Origin: Rhodothermales bacterium
Lineage (GTDB): Bacteria; Bacteroidota; Rhodothermia; Rhodothermales; JAHQVL01
DNA length: 64,000 nucleotides
Direction: 5' to 3'
Assembly (NCBI GenBank): GCA_041391505.1
Contig: JAWKNW010000013.1
Location: forward strand, 77,255-141,254
Under the pieces are notes generated by a model. That model was given only the letters and a program-made list of their open reading frames with translations. It did no database searches and had not been told where the DNA came from. Position numbers and translations under genes: made by a program. Numbering within the stretch: the first letter of the stretch is position 1; every line of letters begins with the position of its first letter. This document shows positions 54,875 through 63,653 of this stretch, one piece after another.

Positions 54875-55846
54875 CTAGTCGGACTCCTCATCCGGCAGCG
54901 CCGCGGAAGGATTGGGCGGCAGGGTGACGGGCTTCGGCCGGCGCCGTCCGAAGAGGTTGATGATCGCCACCGCCGTCACGAGCAGCACCAGCGCCATCCC
55001 CATGCGCCAGGTCACCCGCTCCCCTCCGATGAGCCAGCCCAGCAGGATGGCTACGCCTGGATTGACGTAGGCATAGGTGGTGGCCACGGCCGCCGTCGTA
55101 TGCTTCAGGAGCCACACATAGGCGCTGAAGCCGATCAACGAGCCAAAAAACAGCAGGTAGGCCCAGCTCACGAGCGAGCGCACCGTGAACGAGGCCACGT
55201 GTACGTCGGCGAGTTCACCCGAGACGATGCCGGCGAGGGTCAGCATGGCGCCACCTCCGAGCATCTGCATCGCGGTCGACAGGAAGGGGTCCGACGGCAA
55301 GCCGCCGCTCCGGCCGTGGAGCGACCCCACCGACCAGCACACCGCCCCGACCAGCGTCGCCAGCGCGCCCATCAGATTGACGCTGTCGCCGTTGAGGATC
55401 GTGCGCGTGTCGAACAACAGCGCCACGCCGATGCCGCCGACGATGAACCCCACGACGGTCAGCGTATTGGGCGGCGTCCCCTTTTTCCAGATCCAGTCGA
55501 GCAGCGCCATCCACATCGGGACCGTGGTGATGAGGAGCGCGGCGAGTCCGGACGGGATGTACTGGGTAGACCAGGCCACCGTCCCCGTCCCGAACCCGAG
55601 CATGAGCGTGCCGACGAGCGTGGCCGTGCGCCACTGCGAGAACGAGCCGGCCTCGCTGCCGCGGAGGCGGAGCCACACATAGAGCAGGGCGCCGGCGATG
55701 CCGAACCGCGTGCCGAGCAGCAGCAGCGGCGGCATGGTTTCGACGGCGTACCGTATCGCGAGATAGGTCGAACCCCAGATGAAATAGACGCTGCCCAGGG
55801 CGAGGACGAGCGCCCAGCGAGCCGGCGGCGTCGTGGATGAATCCAT
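54875..55846 (-). CDS. EamA/DMT-superfamily transporter
   Basis: ATG at 55846 (MDSSTTPPARWALVLALGSVYFIWGSTYLAIRYAV...). About 10 TM segments with two EamA repeats. Confidence 0.85.
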   Translation of the reverse strand: MDSSTTPPARWALVLALGSVYFIWGSTYLAIRYAVETMPPLLLLGTRFGIAGALLYVWLRLRGSEAGSFSQWRTATLVGTLMLGFGTGTVAWSTQYIPSGLAALLITTVPMWMALLDWIWKKGTPPNTLTVVGFIVGGIGVALLFDTRTILNGDSVNLMGALATLVGAVCWSVGSLHGRSGGLPSDPFLSTAMQMLGGGAMLTLAGIVSGELADVHVASFTVRSLVSWAYLLFFGSLIGFSAYVWLLKHTTAAVATTYAYVNPGVAILLGWLIGGERVTWRMGMALVLLVTAVAIINLFGRRRPKPVTLPPNPSAALPDEESD

Positions 55847-56003
55847 GGCAGGGAAACGCAACGGAGAAAAAGAAGCGAACATGATAGCCATCGTCCGGGA
55901 AAGAGGTCCGGCCCGACAGTGATCTTTTCGAGAAGGTTCCGGCTCCAATTGCACCCAGTACGTACCTTGCGGCTCGATCCGATCCACCTGACCGGTACGG
56001 TGC

Positions 56004-58307
56004 ATGCCTCGCCTGATCCTTGCCACCCTGATCGTGCTGGCCTCCTGTCGGCCCCAACCCGATGTCGATCCTGTCATGACGGCGCTCGACGCCTACATCC
56101 GCTACGAGATGGCGGACAAGGATATCCCGTCGCTCTCCATCGCGCTGGTCGACGGCCGGGAGGTCGTGTGGACCAGCGGCTACGGGGTGGCGCAGCCGGC
56201 ATCGTCGACGCCGGCGACCGGAGAAACCGTCTACCGCGTCGCGTCGCTCTCCAAGCTGTTTACCGCGATGGCCGTCATGCAGCTCGTCGAGCAGGGCCGG
56301 CTGGATCTGGACGCGCCCATCACCCGCTACCTGCCGGATTTTCAGCCGGCCAACCCCTTCGGCACGCCCATTACGCTGCGCCAGATCCACAGCCATCGAT
56401 CGGGCATCGTGCGCGAACCGCCCGTCGGGCACTATTTCGATCCCACGGAGCCGTCCATCGCCGCCACGGTGGAGAGCCTCAACCGCACCACGCTCGTCTA
56501 CGCACCCACGACGCAAACCAAATATTCCAACGCCGCCGTCACGGTGGCCGGGCGGGTCGTGGAGGTCGTGACCGGCGAACCGTTTGCCGACTATGTGGAT
56601 CGCGCCCTGCTCGGCCCTCTGGGGATGCGCAGCAGCAGCTTCGCACCGCGCCCCGGGTTGCGCGAGCGGCTGGCCGAAGGCTATATGTGGACGTTTGACG
56701 ACCGCGTTTTCCCGGCGCCCGTTTTTGAGCTGGGGATGGCGCCGGCCGCAAACCTGTACACGACCATGGCCGACCTCGGCCAGTTCATGACCGTGCTCTT
56801 TAACGACGGCGTCGGTCCGGATGGCGTCGAGGTGCTGAACAAGGCGTCCCTGGATACCATGTGGACGGTCCAGTTCGCCGGCAGCGATAGCGGGTTCGGA
56901 CTCGGCTTTTCGGTCGGCGCGTTTGACGGCGCACGCCGGGTGCAGCATAGCGGGGTGATGTACGGCTATGCGACCCGGATCGCGGCCCTGCCGGACGAAC
57001 AGCTTGGCGTGGCGGTCGTCGGCACGATGGATGCCTCGAACGATGTCGTCGACCGGATCGCAGACTATGCGTTGCGTCTCCTCCGCGCGCGCCGGACGGG
57101 GCAGCCGCTGCCGGCGTACGAAAAAACGGAACCGGTCGACTCGTTGCGGGCGCGGAGTCTCGACGGGCGGTACGAGGCGGATGGCGTCGTGCGCGAGTTG
57201 ATCGAGCGCAACGGTGCGCTGTATCTCTTCAACGGCACCGAGCGGCACCGTCTCCGGAGCCGTGGCGACACGCTCGTCACGGACGACCGGCTGGGACATG
57301 GCTATACGCTCCTTCCGCGCGGCGAGACGCTGGTCGACGGCGCCGGCGTGGTCTATCGCCGCGTTCCCCCCGCCATTCCCGATGGCCCCCGGCCCGAATT
57401 CGCCGGCCTCATCGGCGAATACGGTTGGGACCACAATACCCTCTACATCCTGGAGCGGGATGGGCAGCTGTGGTCGCTCATCGAATGGTTTTTTTATTAC
57501 CCGCTCACGCAGGTAAGCCGGGACGTCTACCGCATGCCGGCGTACGGACTCTATCCCGACGAAACCCTCACCTTTTCCCGGGATGCGCGCGGGGAGGGCA
57601 CGAACGCGTCGCTCGTCGGGGTCGATTTCGTCCGGCGTCGGATCGAACCCGAAGGCGGCAACACCTTCAAGATCGAGCCGGTGCGTCCGGTGGAGCTGCT
57701 GCGGGCCGAAGCCCTGGCGGCCGAGCCGCCGGCCCAGCCGGCCGGGCTGCGCGAACCCGACCTCGTCGAACTCATCACACTCGACCCATCGCTGCGCCTG
57801 GACATCCGCTACGCCACGACCAACAACTTCATGGGCGAGGTCTTCTACCAGCAGGCCCGCGCCTTCATGCAGCGACCGGCCGCCGAGGCTCTTCTGCGCG
57901 CCGGCGAAGCGCTCCGGGCGGAGGGACTCGGCATCGTCGTCTACGACGCCTACCGCCCCTGGGCGGTCACCCGGATGTTCTGGGACGCCACCCCGGATCA
58001 CCAGAAGGAATTCGTCGCCAACCCGGCCAACGGGTCCCGCCACAACCGGGGCTGCGCGATCGACATGGGGCTCTACGATCTCCGCACCGGCGCCCTCGTG
58101 CCCATGGTGAGCGGCTACGACGAATTCTCGCCGAGGGCCTACCCGGACTACCCCGGCGGGACGTCGGAGCAGCGGGGCTATCGCGAGCTCTTGCGCGACG
58201 TCATGGAGGAGGCCGGTTTTACCGTCTACGACCGCGAATGGTGGCATTTCGACTACAAGGACTGGAGCCGCTATCCGGTCATGAACGTCCCGTTTGAATC
58301 CATGTGA
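56004..58307 (+). CDS. Fusion lipoprotein: beta-lactamase-fold serine hydrolase (PBP/DD-peptidase-like) + VanX/DdpX-like D-Ala-D-Ala dipeptidase (M15)
   Basis: 767 aa with a lipoprotein signal (IVLASCRP). SxxK ASLSK (56244-56255), YSN, HSG. The C-terminal ~180 aa read DIRYATTNNFMG..., GSRHNRGCAID (His 58041, Asp 58062) and REWWHFD (Glu 58236, His 58245). Confidence 0.85.
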   Translation: MPRLILATLIVLASCRPQPDVDPVMTALDAYIRYEMADKDIPSLSIALVDGREVVWTSGYGVAQPASSTPATGETVYRVASLSKLFTAMAVMQLVEQGRLDLDAPITRYLPDFQPANPFGTPITLRQIHSHRSGIVREPPVGHYFDPTEPSIAATVESLNRTTLVYAPTTQTKYSNAAVTVAGRVVEVVTGEPFADYVDRALLGPLGMRSSSFAPRPGLRERLAEGYMWTFDDRVFPAPVFELGMAPAANLYTTMADLGQFMTVLFNDGVGPDGVEVLNKASLDTMWTVQFAGSDSGFGLGFSVGAFDGARRVQHSGVMYGYATRIAALPDEQLGVAVVGTMDASNDVVDRIADYALRLLRARRTGQPLPAYEKTEPVDSLRARSLDGRYEADGVVRELIERNGALYLFNGTERHRLRSRGDTLVTDDRLGHGYTLLPRGETLVDGAGVVYRRVPPAIPDGPRPEFAGLIGEYGWDHNTLYILERDGQLWSLIEWFFYYPLTQVSRDVYRMPAYGLYPDETLTFSRDARGEGTNASLVGVDFVRRRIEPEGGNTFKIEPVRPVELLRAEALAAEPPAQPAGLREPDLVELITLDPSLRLDIRYATTNNFMGEVFYQQARAFMQRPAAEALLRAGEALRAEGLGIVVYDAYRPWAVTRMFWDATPDHQKEFVANPANGSRHNRGCAIDMGLYDLRTGALVPMVSGYDEFSPRAYPDYPGGTSEQRGYRELLRDVMEEAGFTVYDREWWHFDYKDWSRYPVMNVPFESM

Positions 58308-58429
58308 GCCCGCATTTTCGGCCGGCAAGACCCTTTGCCAGACCGTTACCATCCGGCTCTTGTCCACCCCCGGCCAGGGCCGCTATCATACAGGCGTGCG
58401 TCCCCTTTCACCACGAGCCGGACAACGCC

Positions 58430-58666
58430 ATGGAATGGATCAAGTACAGCGCCTCGCAACCCAGCCGGGAAGGGTGGTATCTCGTTCACTACAGCCGCGA
58501 AGCCGATCGGCCCGGTACGTACTGGCAATTCTGGCACTACAGGGCGCTCTACTGGAACCCCCTGCTCGGAAGATGGACCGAAGACGCCCGCACCCCCGAA
58601 CAGGGCGGCGTGGCGGTAGACATCCAGATCGATTTCTGGACCGAGATATTCTGCATGGTGAACTGA
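58430..58666 (+). CDS. Hypothetical small Trp-rich protein
   Basis: 78 aa from the ATG at 58430 (MEWIKYSASQPSREGWYLVHY...YWQFWHYRALYWNPLLGRWTED...). No family recognised. Confidence 0.4.
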   Translation: MEWIKYSASQPSREGWYLVHYSREADRPGTYWQFWHYRALYWNPLLGRWTEDARTPEQGGVAVDIQIDFWTEIFCMVN

Positions 58667-58680
58667 GGGCGGGAGGGCCG

Positions 58681-58762
58681 TTCAAGGATTAAGGATTTAG
58701 GATCAAGGATTTAGGATCAAGCGAGGCATCCTTGCCTTGATCCTTGAACTTCAAACCTTGAA
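58681..58762. repeat. Imperfect palindrome of AGGATYW-type heptamers
   Basis: TTCAAGGATTAAGGATTTAGGATCAAGGATTTAGGATCAAG, a 14-nt loop, then CTTGATCCTTGAACTTCAAACCTTGAA. Core stem GGATCAAG (58714-21) / CTTGATCC (58736-43). The outer TTCAAGG / CCTTGAA also pair. Confidence 0.8.
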
Positions 58763-58765
58763 CAA

Positions 58766-58790
58766 CACCGGCGAACTTCGTTCGCCGGTG
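58766..58790. other. Perfect 10-bp GC-rich hairpin (no U-tract)
   Basis: CACCGGCGAA (58766-75), loop CTTCG, TTCGCCGGTG (58781-90). Lies directly downstream of the heptamer palindrome and 130 nt upstream of the OMP gene start. Confidence 0.75.
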
Positions 58791-58920
58791 ACTCTTAACA
58801 CTATTTAACACCAATCGTTGAGGCCGGGGAATGCATCCCTGCGTTGAAACGTCTGTAGCTTGGGTCCGCCGTAACGGACCGCAGCATCCTCGTTTCAACC
58901 AGTGGGAGCTATTGCCTCGC

Positions 58921-61791
58921 ATGAAATACCGGCTACTGTTTCTCGTTCTCGCGCTCATGGTCCCGTCGCTGGCATGGGCCCAGACGGGCCATCCGGAAGT
59001 CGCGGGGTTTGCCCGGGACTCAACGTCCAGCGAGCGTCTGCCGGCGGTGAACGTCGTGCTGACGAGTCTCAAGGACACGACCCGAACGGTGGGCACCTCC
59101 ACGAATGCGCGCGGCTTCTTCTCCGTCGCCGTCCCCGAGCCGGGCGCCTATCGCCTGCAATTCTCGTTCGTCGGGTACAAGAGCAAAAAGACACGCATCG
59201 ACGTGCCGGCGGAAGGCCTCAACCTGGGCTTCGTCCTGCTCGAGCAGGACCGCATCGCGCTCGATGAAGTCGTGGTCGAGGAAACCCAGGAACGCGTCAC
59301 GATCAAGGGCGACACGACGGAATACAACGCCGGCGCCTACAAAACCAACCCCGACGCCAACGCGGAAGACCTGGTCGCGAAGATGCCCGGCGTGGTGGTG
59401 CAGGATGGGCAGGTCCAGGTCCAGGGTGAAAACGTACGGCGCGTGCTCGTGGACGGGCGCGAGTTTTTTGGCGAGGACCCCACCGCAGCGCTGCGCAACC
59501 TGCCGGCCGAAGTGATCGAGCGGATCCAGGTGTACGACCGGCTGAGCGACCAGGCCCAGTTCTCCGGCTTCGATGACGGCAACTCGGAACGCACCATCAA
59601 TATCATCACGCGCACCGGCACCGAAAACGGTCAGTTCGGGAAGATCTATGGCGGTTACGGGTCCGACACCCGCTACATCGCCGGCGGCAACATGAGCATC
59701 TTCGAGGGCAATCGCCGCATCTCGATCATCGGGCTGAGCAACAACGTCAACCAGCAAAACTTCGCCAACGAGGACATCCTCGGCGTCGTGGGCAACACCG
59801 GGCGGGGCGGCTTCGGAGGGCCTCCCGGCGGATTCGGTGGCGGAAGACCTCCGGGCGGCAATCGCGGCGGCGGTGGCGGCGGCGGACGCGGTGGATTTGG
59901 CGGGTTTGGCGGCGACACCGGCAACTTCCTAGTCGGCAACCAGGGCGGCATCAACGCGACGAATGCGTTCGGGCTCAACTATTCGGATCAGTGGGCCGGC
60001 GGGAAGGCCCGCCTTTCGGGCAGCTACTTCTTCAACAAGTCCGACAACACGAGCAACGTCCTGCTCAACCGCGAGTATTTTCTCACCACGGATCAGACCC
60101 AGCTCTACGAAGAGTCGAGCGACGGCAAGAGCGAGAACATGAACCATCGCCTCTCCGCCCGACTCCAGTACGATGTAAACGAGACAAACTCGTTCATCTT
60201 CACGCCGCGCCTGAGCTACCAGTCCAACAGCGCCGCCAGCCTTCTGCAGGGCCTGAACACGCTGGCCGGCTCGGCGCTGAGCGCCACGACCAACAACTAC
60301 GCCTCGGACAACCGCGGCTTCTCGTCGAACAGCAATCTCCTGTACCGGCATCGCTTCCCGAAGGCCGGCCGCACCACCTCGCTCAATGTCAGCCTCGGCC
60401 TCAACGACCGAAACGGGGAGGGGGAGCAGCTGGCGTCGAACGAGTTCTACGACGAGGTCGACCTCCTCATCGCGCTCGATCAGCGTTCCAACAACAGCGA
60501 ACTGACCCACACCGTTTCGGCCAGCGCCGAGTACACCGAGCCGATCGGGGCGAAGGGACAGCTTCAGATCAACTACAGCCCGTCGATCACGAACAGCAAT
60601 GCCGATCGGACCACCCATTCGCTCGACGAAACGACGGGGCTCTACACGATTCTCGATCCGACGCTCTCGACGATCTTCGACAGCCGTTCGATCCGTCAGC
60701 GAGCCGGCCTGCGCTACATGCTGCGCGGCGAAAAGTCCATGTTCTCCGCCGGCGTCGACCTCCAGCACGTCGACCTCACCGGGGACCAGACCTTCCCGAC
60801 GACCTACCGCGTCGAACGCGCGTTCCAGGATATCCTGCCGCAGGCGATGTACAACTACCGGTTCAGCCGGACGGACAACCTGCGCCTGTTCTACCGGACG
60901 TCCACCAACACGCCGTCGATCTCCCAGCTCCAGAGTGTGATCGACAATACGAATCCGCTCCGTATCAGCAGCGGCAATCCGGATCTGCAGCAGAGCTTCT
61001 CGCACTTCCTGGTGGCGCGTTTCAACAAGACGCAGCCCGCCACCGGACGCGTGTTCATGATGTTCGCCAGCCTGAACCAGAGCCGCAACAACATCAGCAC
61101 GGAGTCGATTCTGGCGACGCGCGACACGACGATCGCACCGGGCGTCGTGCTGGCCCAGGGCTCGCAATTCACGCGGCCCGTCAACCTGGATGGCTACTGG
61201 AACGCGCGGTCATTCCTGACCGCCGGCCTGCCGACCGACTGGCTGAAGAGCAACGTTAACATCAACGCCGGGTACTCGCTATCCCATTCGCCCGGCCTGA
61301 TCAACGGCCAGAAAAACATCGCCGACACGCACGGCATCAACGGAGGTGCCGTTATTGGTAGCAATATCAGCGAACGCGTCGATTTCACGCTGACCTATGG
61401 GCTGACGTACAGCATCGCGCGCAACTCCGTCTATCCCGAACTCGATGCGAACTACCTCTATCACCGCATCGGCGCCCGCGTCAACCTGCTGCTGGGCAAA
61501 TCGTGGGTACTGAACACCGACCTGAATGCCATCCAGTACTCAGGCCTCGGAGAAGACTACGACCAGGACAACCTGGTTTGGAACGCCGGCCTCGGCTACA
61601 AATTCCTGAAGGGGAATGGGGGAGAGGTCAAGCTGATGGTATCGGACATCCTCAATCAGAACACCAGCATCGTGCGCACCGTCAACGAGTTTTACGTGGA
61701 AGACAACCAGTCCAACGTGCTCGGTCGGTACATCCTGCTCAACTTCACGTACCGCCTGCGCAACTTTGGGGCGCCGGCCGGTAGGGGATAA
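58921..61791 (+). CDS. Outer-membrane beta-barrel family protein (CarboxypepD_reg-like N-domain, TonB-dependent-receptor-like plug)
   Basis: The ATG at 58921 gives a signal peptide (MKYRLLFLVLALMVPSLAWAQ). ...GYKSKKTRIDV..., plug-like TIKGDTTEYNAGAYK...MPGVVVQDGQVQVQGENVRRVLVDGREFFG, a Gly-rich linker, and a long beta-strand region. Confidence 0.85.
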   Translation: MKYRLLFLVLALMVPSLAWAQTGHPEVAGFARDSTSSERLPAVNVVLTSLKDTTRTVGTSTNARGFFSVAVPEPGAYRLQFSFVGYKSKKTRIDVPAEGLNLGFVLLEQDRIALDEVVVEETQERVTIKGDTTEYNAGAYKTNPDANAEDLVAKMPGVVVQDGQVQVQGENVRRVLVDGREFFGEDPTAALRNLPAEVIERIQVYDRLSDQAQFSGFDDGNSERTINIITRTGTENGQFGKIYGGYGSDTRYIAGGNMSIFEGNRRISIIGLSNNVNQQNFANEDILGVVGNTGRGGFGGPPGGFGGGRPPGGNRGGGGGGGRGGFGGFGGDTGNFLVGNQGGINATNAFGLNYSDQWAGGKARLSGSYFFNKSDNTSNVLLNREYFLTTDQTQLYEESSDGKSENMNHRLSARLQYDVNETNSFIFTPRLSYQSNSAASLLQGLNTLAGSALSATTNNYASDNRGFSSNSNLLYRHRFPKAGRTTSLNVSLGLNDRNGEGEQLASNEFYDEVDLLIALDQRSNNSELTHTVSASAEYTEPIGAKGQLQINYSPSITNSNADRTTHSLDETTGLYTILDPTLSTIFDSRSIRQRAGLRYMLRGEKSMFSAGVDLQHVDLTGDQTFPTTYRVERAFQDILPQAMYNYRFSRTDNLRLFYRTSTNTPSISQLQSVIDNTNPLRISSGNPDLQQSFSHFLVARFNKTQPATGRVFMMFASLNQSRNNISTESILATRDTTIAPGVVLAQGSQFTRPVNLDGYWNARSFLTAGLPTDWLKSNVNINAGYSLSHSPGLINGQKNIADTHGINGGAVIGSNISERVDFTLTYGLTYSIARNSVYPELDANYLYHRIGARVNLLLGKSWVLNTDLNAIQYSGLGEDYDQDNLVWNAGLGYKFLKGNGGEVKLMVSDILNQNTSIVRTVNEFYVEDNQSNVLGRYILLNFTYRLRNFGAPAGRG

Positions 61792-61819
61792 GCGGGCGTT
61801 CGCGCGGTCACCGACGACG

Positions 61820-61868
61820 AAAAAAAGGCTTGAGGAGTCGGGGCGCACCGCCCCGGCTCCTTTTTTTA
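61820..61868. terminator. Bidirectional rho-independent terminator
   Basis: A7 (61820-26), ... GGAGTCGGGGCG (61834-45), loop CAC, CGCCCCGGCTCC (61849-60), T7 (61861-67). The stem is 12 bp with one G-U pair. It lies between the convergent OMP and SLC13 genes. Confidence 0.8.
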
Positions 61869-63653
61869 TAGCAAGAACAACGAAATCATCGTGATCGCCG
61901 TGATCGCCACGATGAGGTTGACGACGATGCCGGCGCGGAAGAAGTCGCCGAACCGATAGCCGCCGGCGGCCATCACCATCATGTTCGTCTGGTAACCGAT
62001 CGGGGTGAGGAAGCTGGCCGAGGCCGCGATCGCGACCGCGATGGCGAAGGCCTCCGGAGGGGCGCCGACGCTTTCGGCCGACTTGAGTCCGATGCCGAGC
62101 ATCAGGGCCGCCGCCGCGTTGTTGGTGATGAGTTCGGTGAGGATGCTCGTCGCGACATAGACCGCGGCGAGCACGCCGATCGTCCCGAAGACGCTTGCGT
62201 GCTCGGTGAGCAGCATGGCGATGGCGGCTGCGAGGCCGCTGCCTTCGATCGCCTTGCTGAGGCCCAGCGCCGCGGCGATCACGAGCAGGACCGGCACGTC
62301 GACCGCCGCGCGGGCATCGCGGCCGCGCAGACAACGCGTAAGGATCATGGCGATGGCGCCGATGAACGCCGTCGTGACGATCGAGGCGACGCCCGCTGCG
62401 GCGAAGGCGATGACCGCCACAAGGATGCCGAGCGCAAGCGGCGCCTTGCCGCGCTGCGGACGGATCTTCTCGGGCCGGCGCGGTGCCACCAGATAAAATT
62501 CATCCCGGTTCTGATTCCACCGGGTGTCGAATCCCTTGCGGGCCTCGATCAGCAACAGGTCGCCGGCCCGCAGCACCACCCGGCCGATCGATTTGTCGAT
62601 GCTCTCGTCCTGCCGGTAGATGCCCAGCACGACGCCCTGATATTCTTCCCGAAAGTCGACATCGACGAGTGTGGAGCCGACGAGCCGGGACGTGGGGGCG
62701 ATCACCGCCTCGTAGATCGGCAGCGTCATGTGGCCGCCCGACTCCATGCTTTCCACGACAGGCCGCAGCCCCTGCCGTTCCAGCAGGCTGTCCAGCAAGG
62801 CCGGGCTGCCGCGGAAGGCGAGGAGATCGCGTTCGCGGATCACCATTTCGGGCGAGGAGGGGATGACTTCCTTGTTGCGGATGATGTGCGCCAGATAGGC
62901 CTCGCCGAGCGACCGGAGGCCGGCTTCTTCGATGGTCTTCCCAACGAGCGGCGCCTCGGGCGGCACCTCGAACTCAAACAGATACTGATGCATGCCCTCG
63001 TCCGCCGCGCCGCCCGGCTCGATGCGCGTAGGGAGCAACCGATGCCCGAACACGGCAAAATACAGGATCGTCGCCAGTGCCGCCGGGCCGCCGATCCACG
63101 CGAGGTCGAACAAGCCCAGCCCTTCATACCCCGCCTGCTCCATCAGGCCGGCGACCAGCAGGTTGGTGGAGGTGCCGATGAGCGTTGTCATGCCCCCGAC
63201 GATCGTCGCGTACGAAAGCGGGATCATCAGCTTGGACGGGGAGACGTTGTGGTTCTCGCACCAGAGGCGGACGCGCGGGATGAGCATCGCCACGATGGGC
63301 GTGTTGTTCAGAAACGCCGACATCGCCGCCGTGGTCGCCATCATGCGCAGTGAGACCAGCGGAAGACGCCGCGACTGGGGAAAGATGAGCCGATCAAAAA
63401 AGCTCAGCGCCCCGGTGTTCTGCACGCCGGCCGCCACGATGAACAGGGCGCCCACGGCAAGCACGGCGCTGTTCGACAGCCCCGAAAACGCCTGCTCCGG
63501 CGTGAGCACGCCGGTCAGCAGCAACGGGGCGAGCGAACCGAACAGAATCATCTCGGGGCGGCCAATCCCTTTCATGAGGGCCGTCAACATGGCGATGATC
63601 ACACCAAGCGTTAACCACGCTTCCCATCCTAGCGCTTCGAACATGATCGTCAA
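61866..63653 (-). CDS. SLC13/DASS-type anion permease with central TrkA-C (RCK_C) domains
   Basis: 595 aa. N- and C-terminal polytopic halves (…LAVGALFIVAAGVQNTGAL…; …FLTPIGYQTNMMVMAAGGY…) flank two soluble repeats (PLVGKTIEEAGLR...; RLVGSTLVDVDFRE...). Confidence 0.85.
   Translation of the reverse strand: MTIMFEALGWEAWLTLGVIIAMLTALMKGIGRPEMILFGSLAPLLLTGVLTPEQAFSGLSNSAVLAVGALFIVAAGVQNTGALSFFDRLIFPQSRRLPLVSLRMMATTAAMSAFLNNTPIVAMLIPRVRLWCENHNVSPSKLMIPLSYATIVGGMTTLIGTSTNLLVAGLMEQAGYEGLGLFDLAWIGGPAALATILYFAVFGHRLLPTRIEPGGAADEGMHQYLFEFEVPPEAPLVGKTIEEAGLRSLGEAYLAHIIRNKEVIPSSPEMVIRERDLLAFRGSPALLDSLLERQGLRPVVESMESGGHMTLPIYEAVIAPTSRLVGSTLVDVDFREEYQGVVLGIYRQDESIDKSIGRVVLRAGDLLLIEARKGFDTRWNQNRDEFYLVAPRRPEKIRPQRGKAPLALGILVAVIAFAAAGVASIVTTAFIGAIAMILTRCLRGRDARAAVDVPVLLVIAAALGLSKAIEGSGLAAAIAMLLTEHASVFGTIGVLAAVYVATSILTELITNNAAAALMLGIGLKSAESVGAPPEAFAIAVAIAASASFLTPIGYQTNMMVMAAGGYRFGDFFRAGIVVNLIVAITAITMISLFLL

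Noticed and set aside
55215-58367. 1050-aa ORF on the minus strand, the longest in the window
   Set aside because: It lies entirely antisense to the EamA gene and to the beta-lactamase/VanX fusion gene, both of which have clear family motifs. Its translation is Arg/Gly/Ala/Pro-rich with no recognisable domain. This is the typical stop-free antisense frame of a GC-rich genome.
59797-59920. Gly/Arg/Phe low-complexity tract (GRGGFGGPPGGFGGGRPPGGNRGGGGGGGRGGFGGFGG) in the outer-membrane barrel protein
   Set aside because: As far as I recall, Gly-rich linkers between the plug-like region and the barrel are a common feature of this OMP family in Bacteroidota-type genomes. It is in frame and not obviously an expansion artefact, so I do not treat it as novel.
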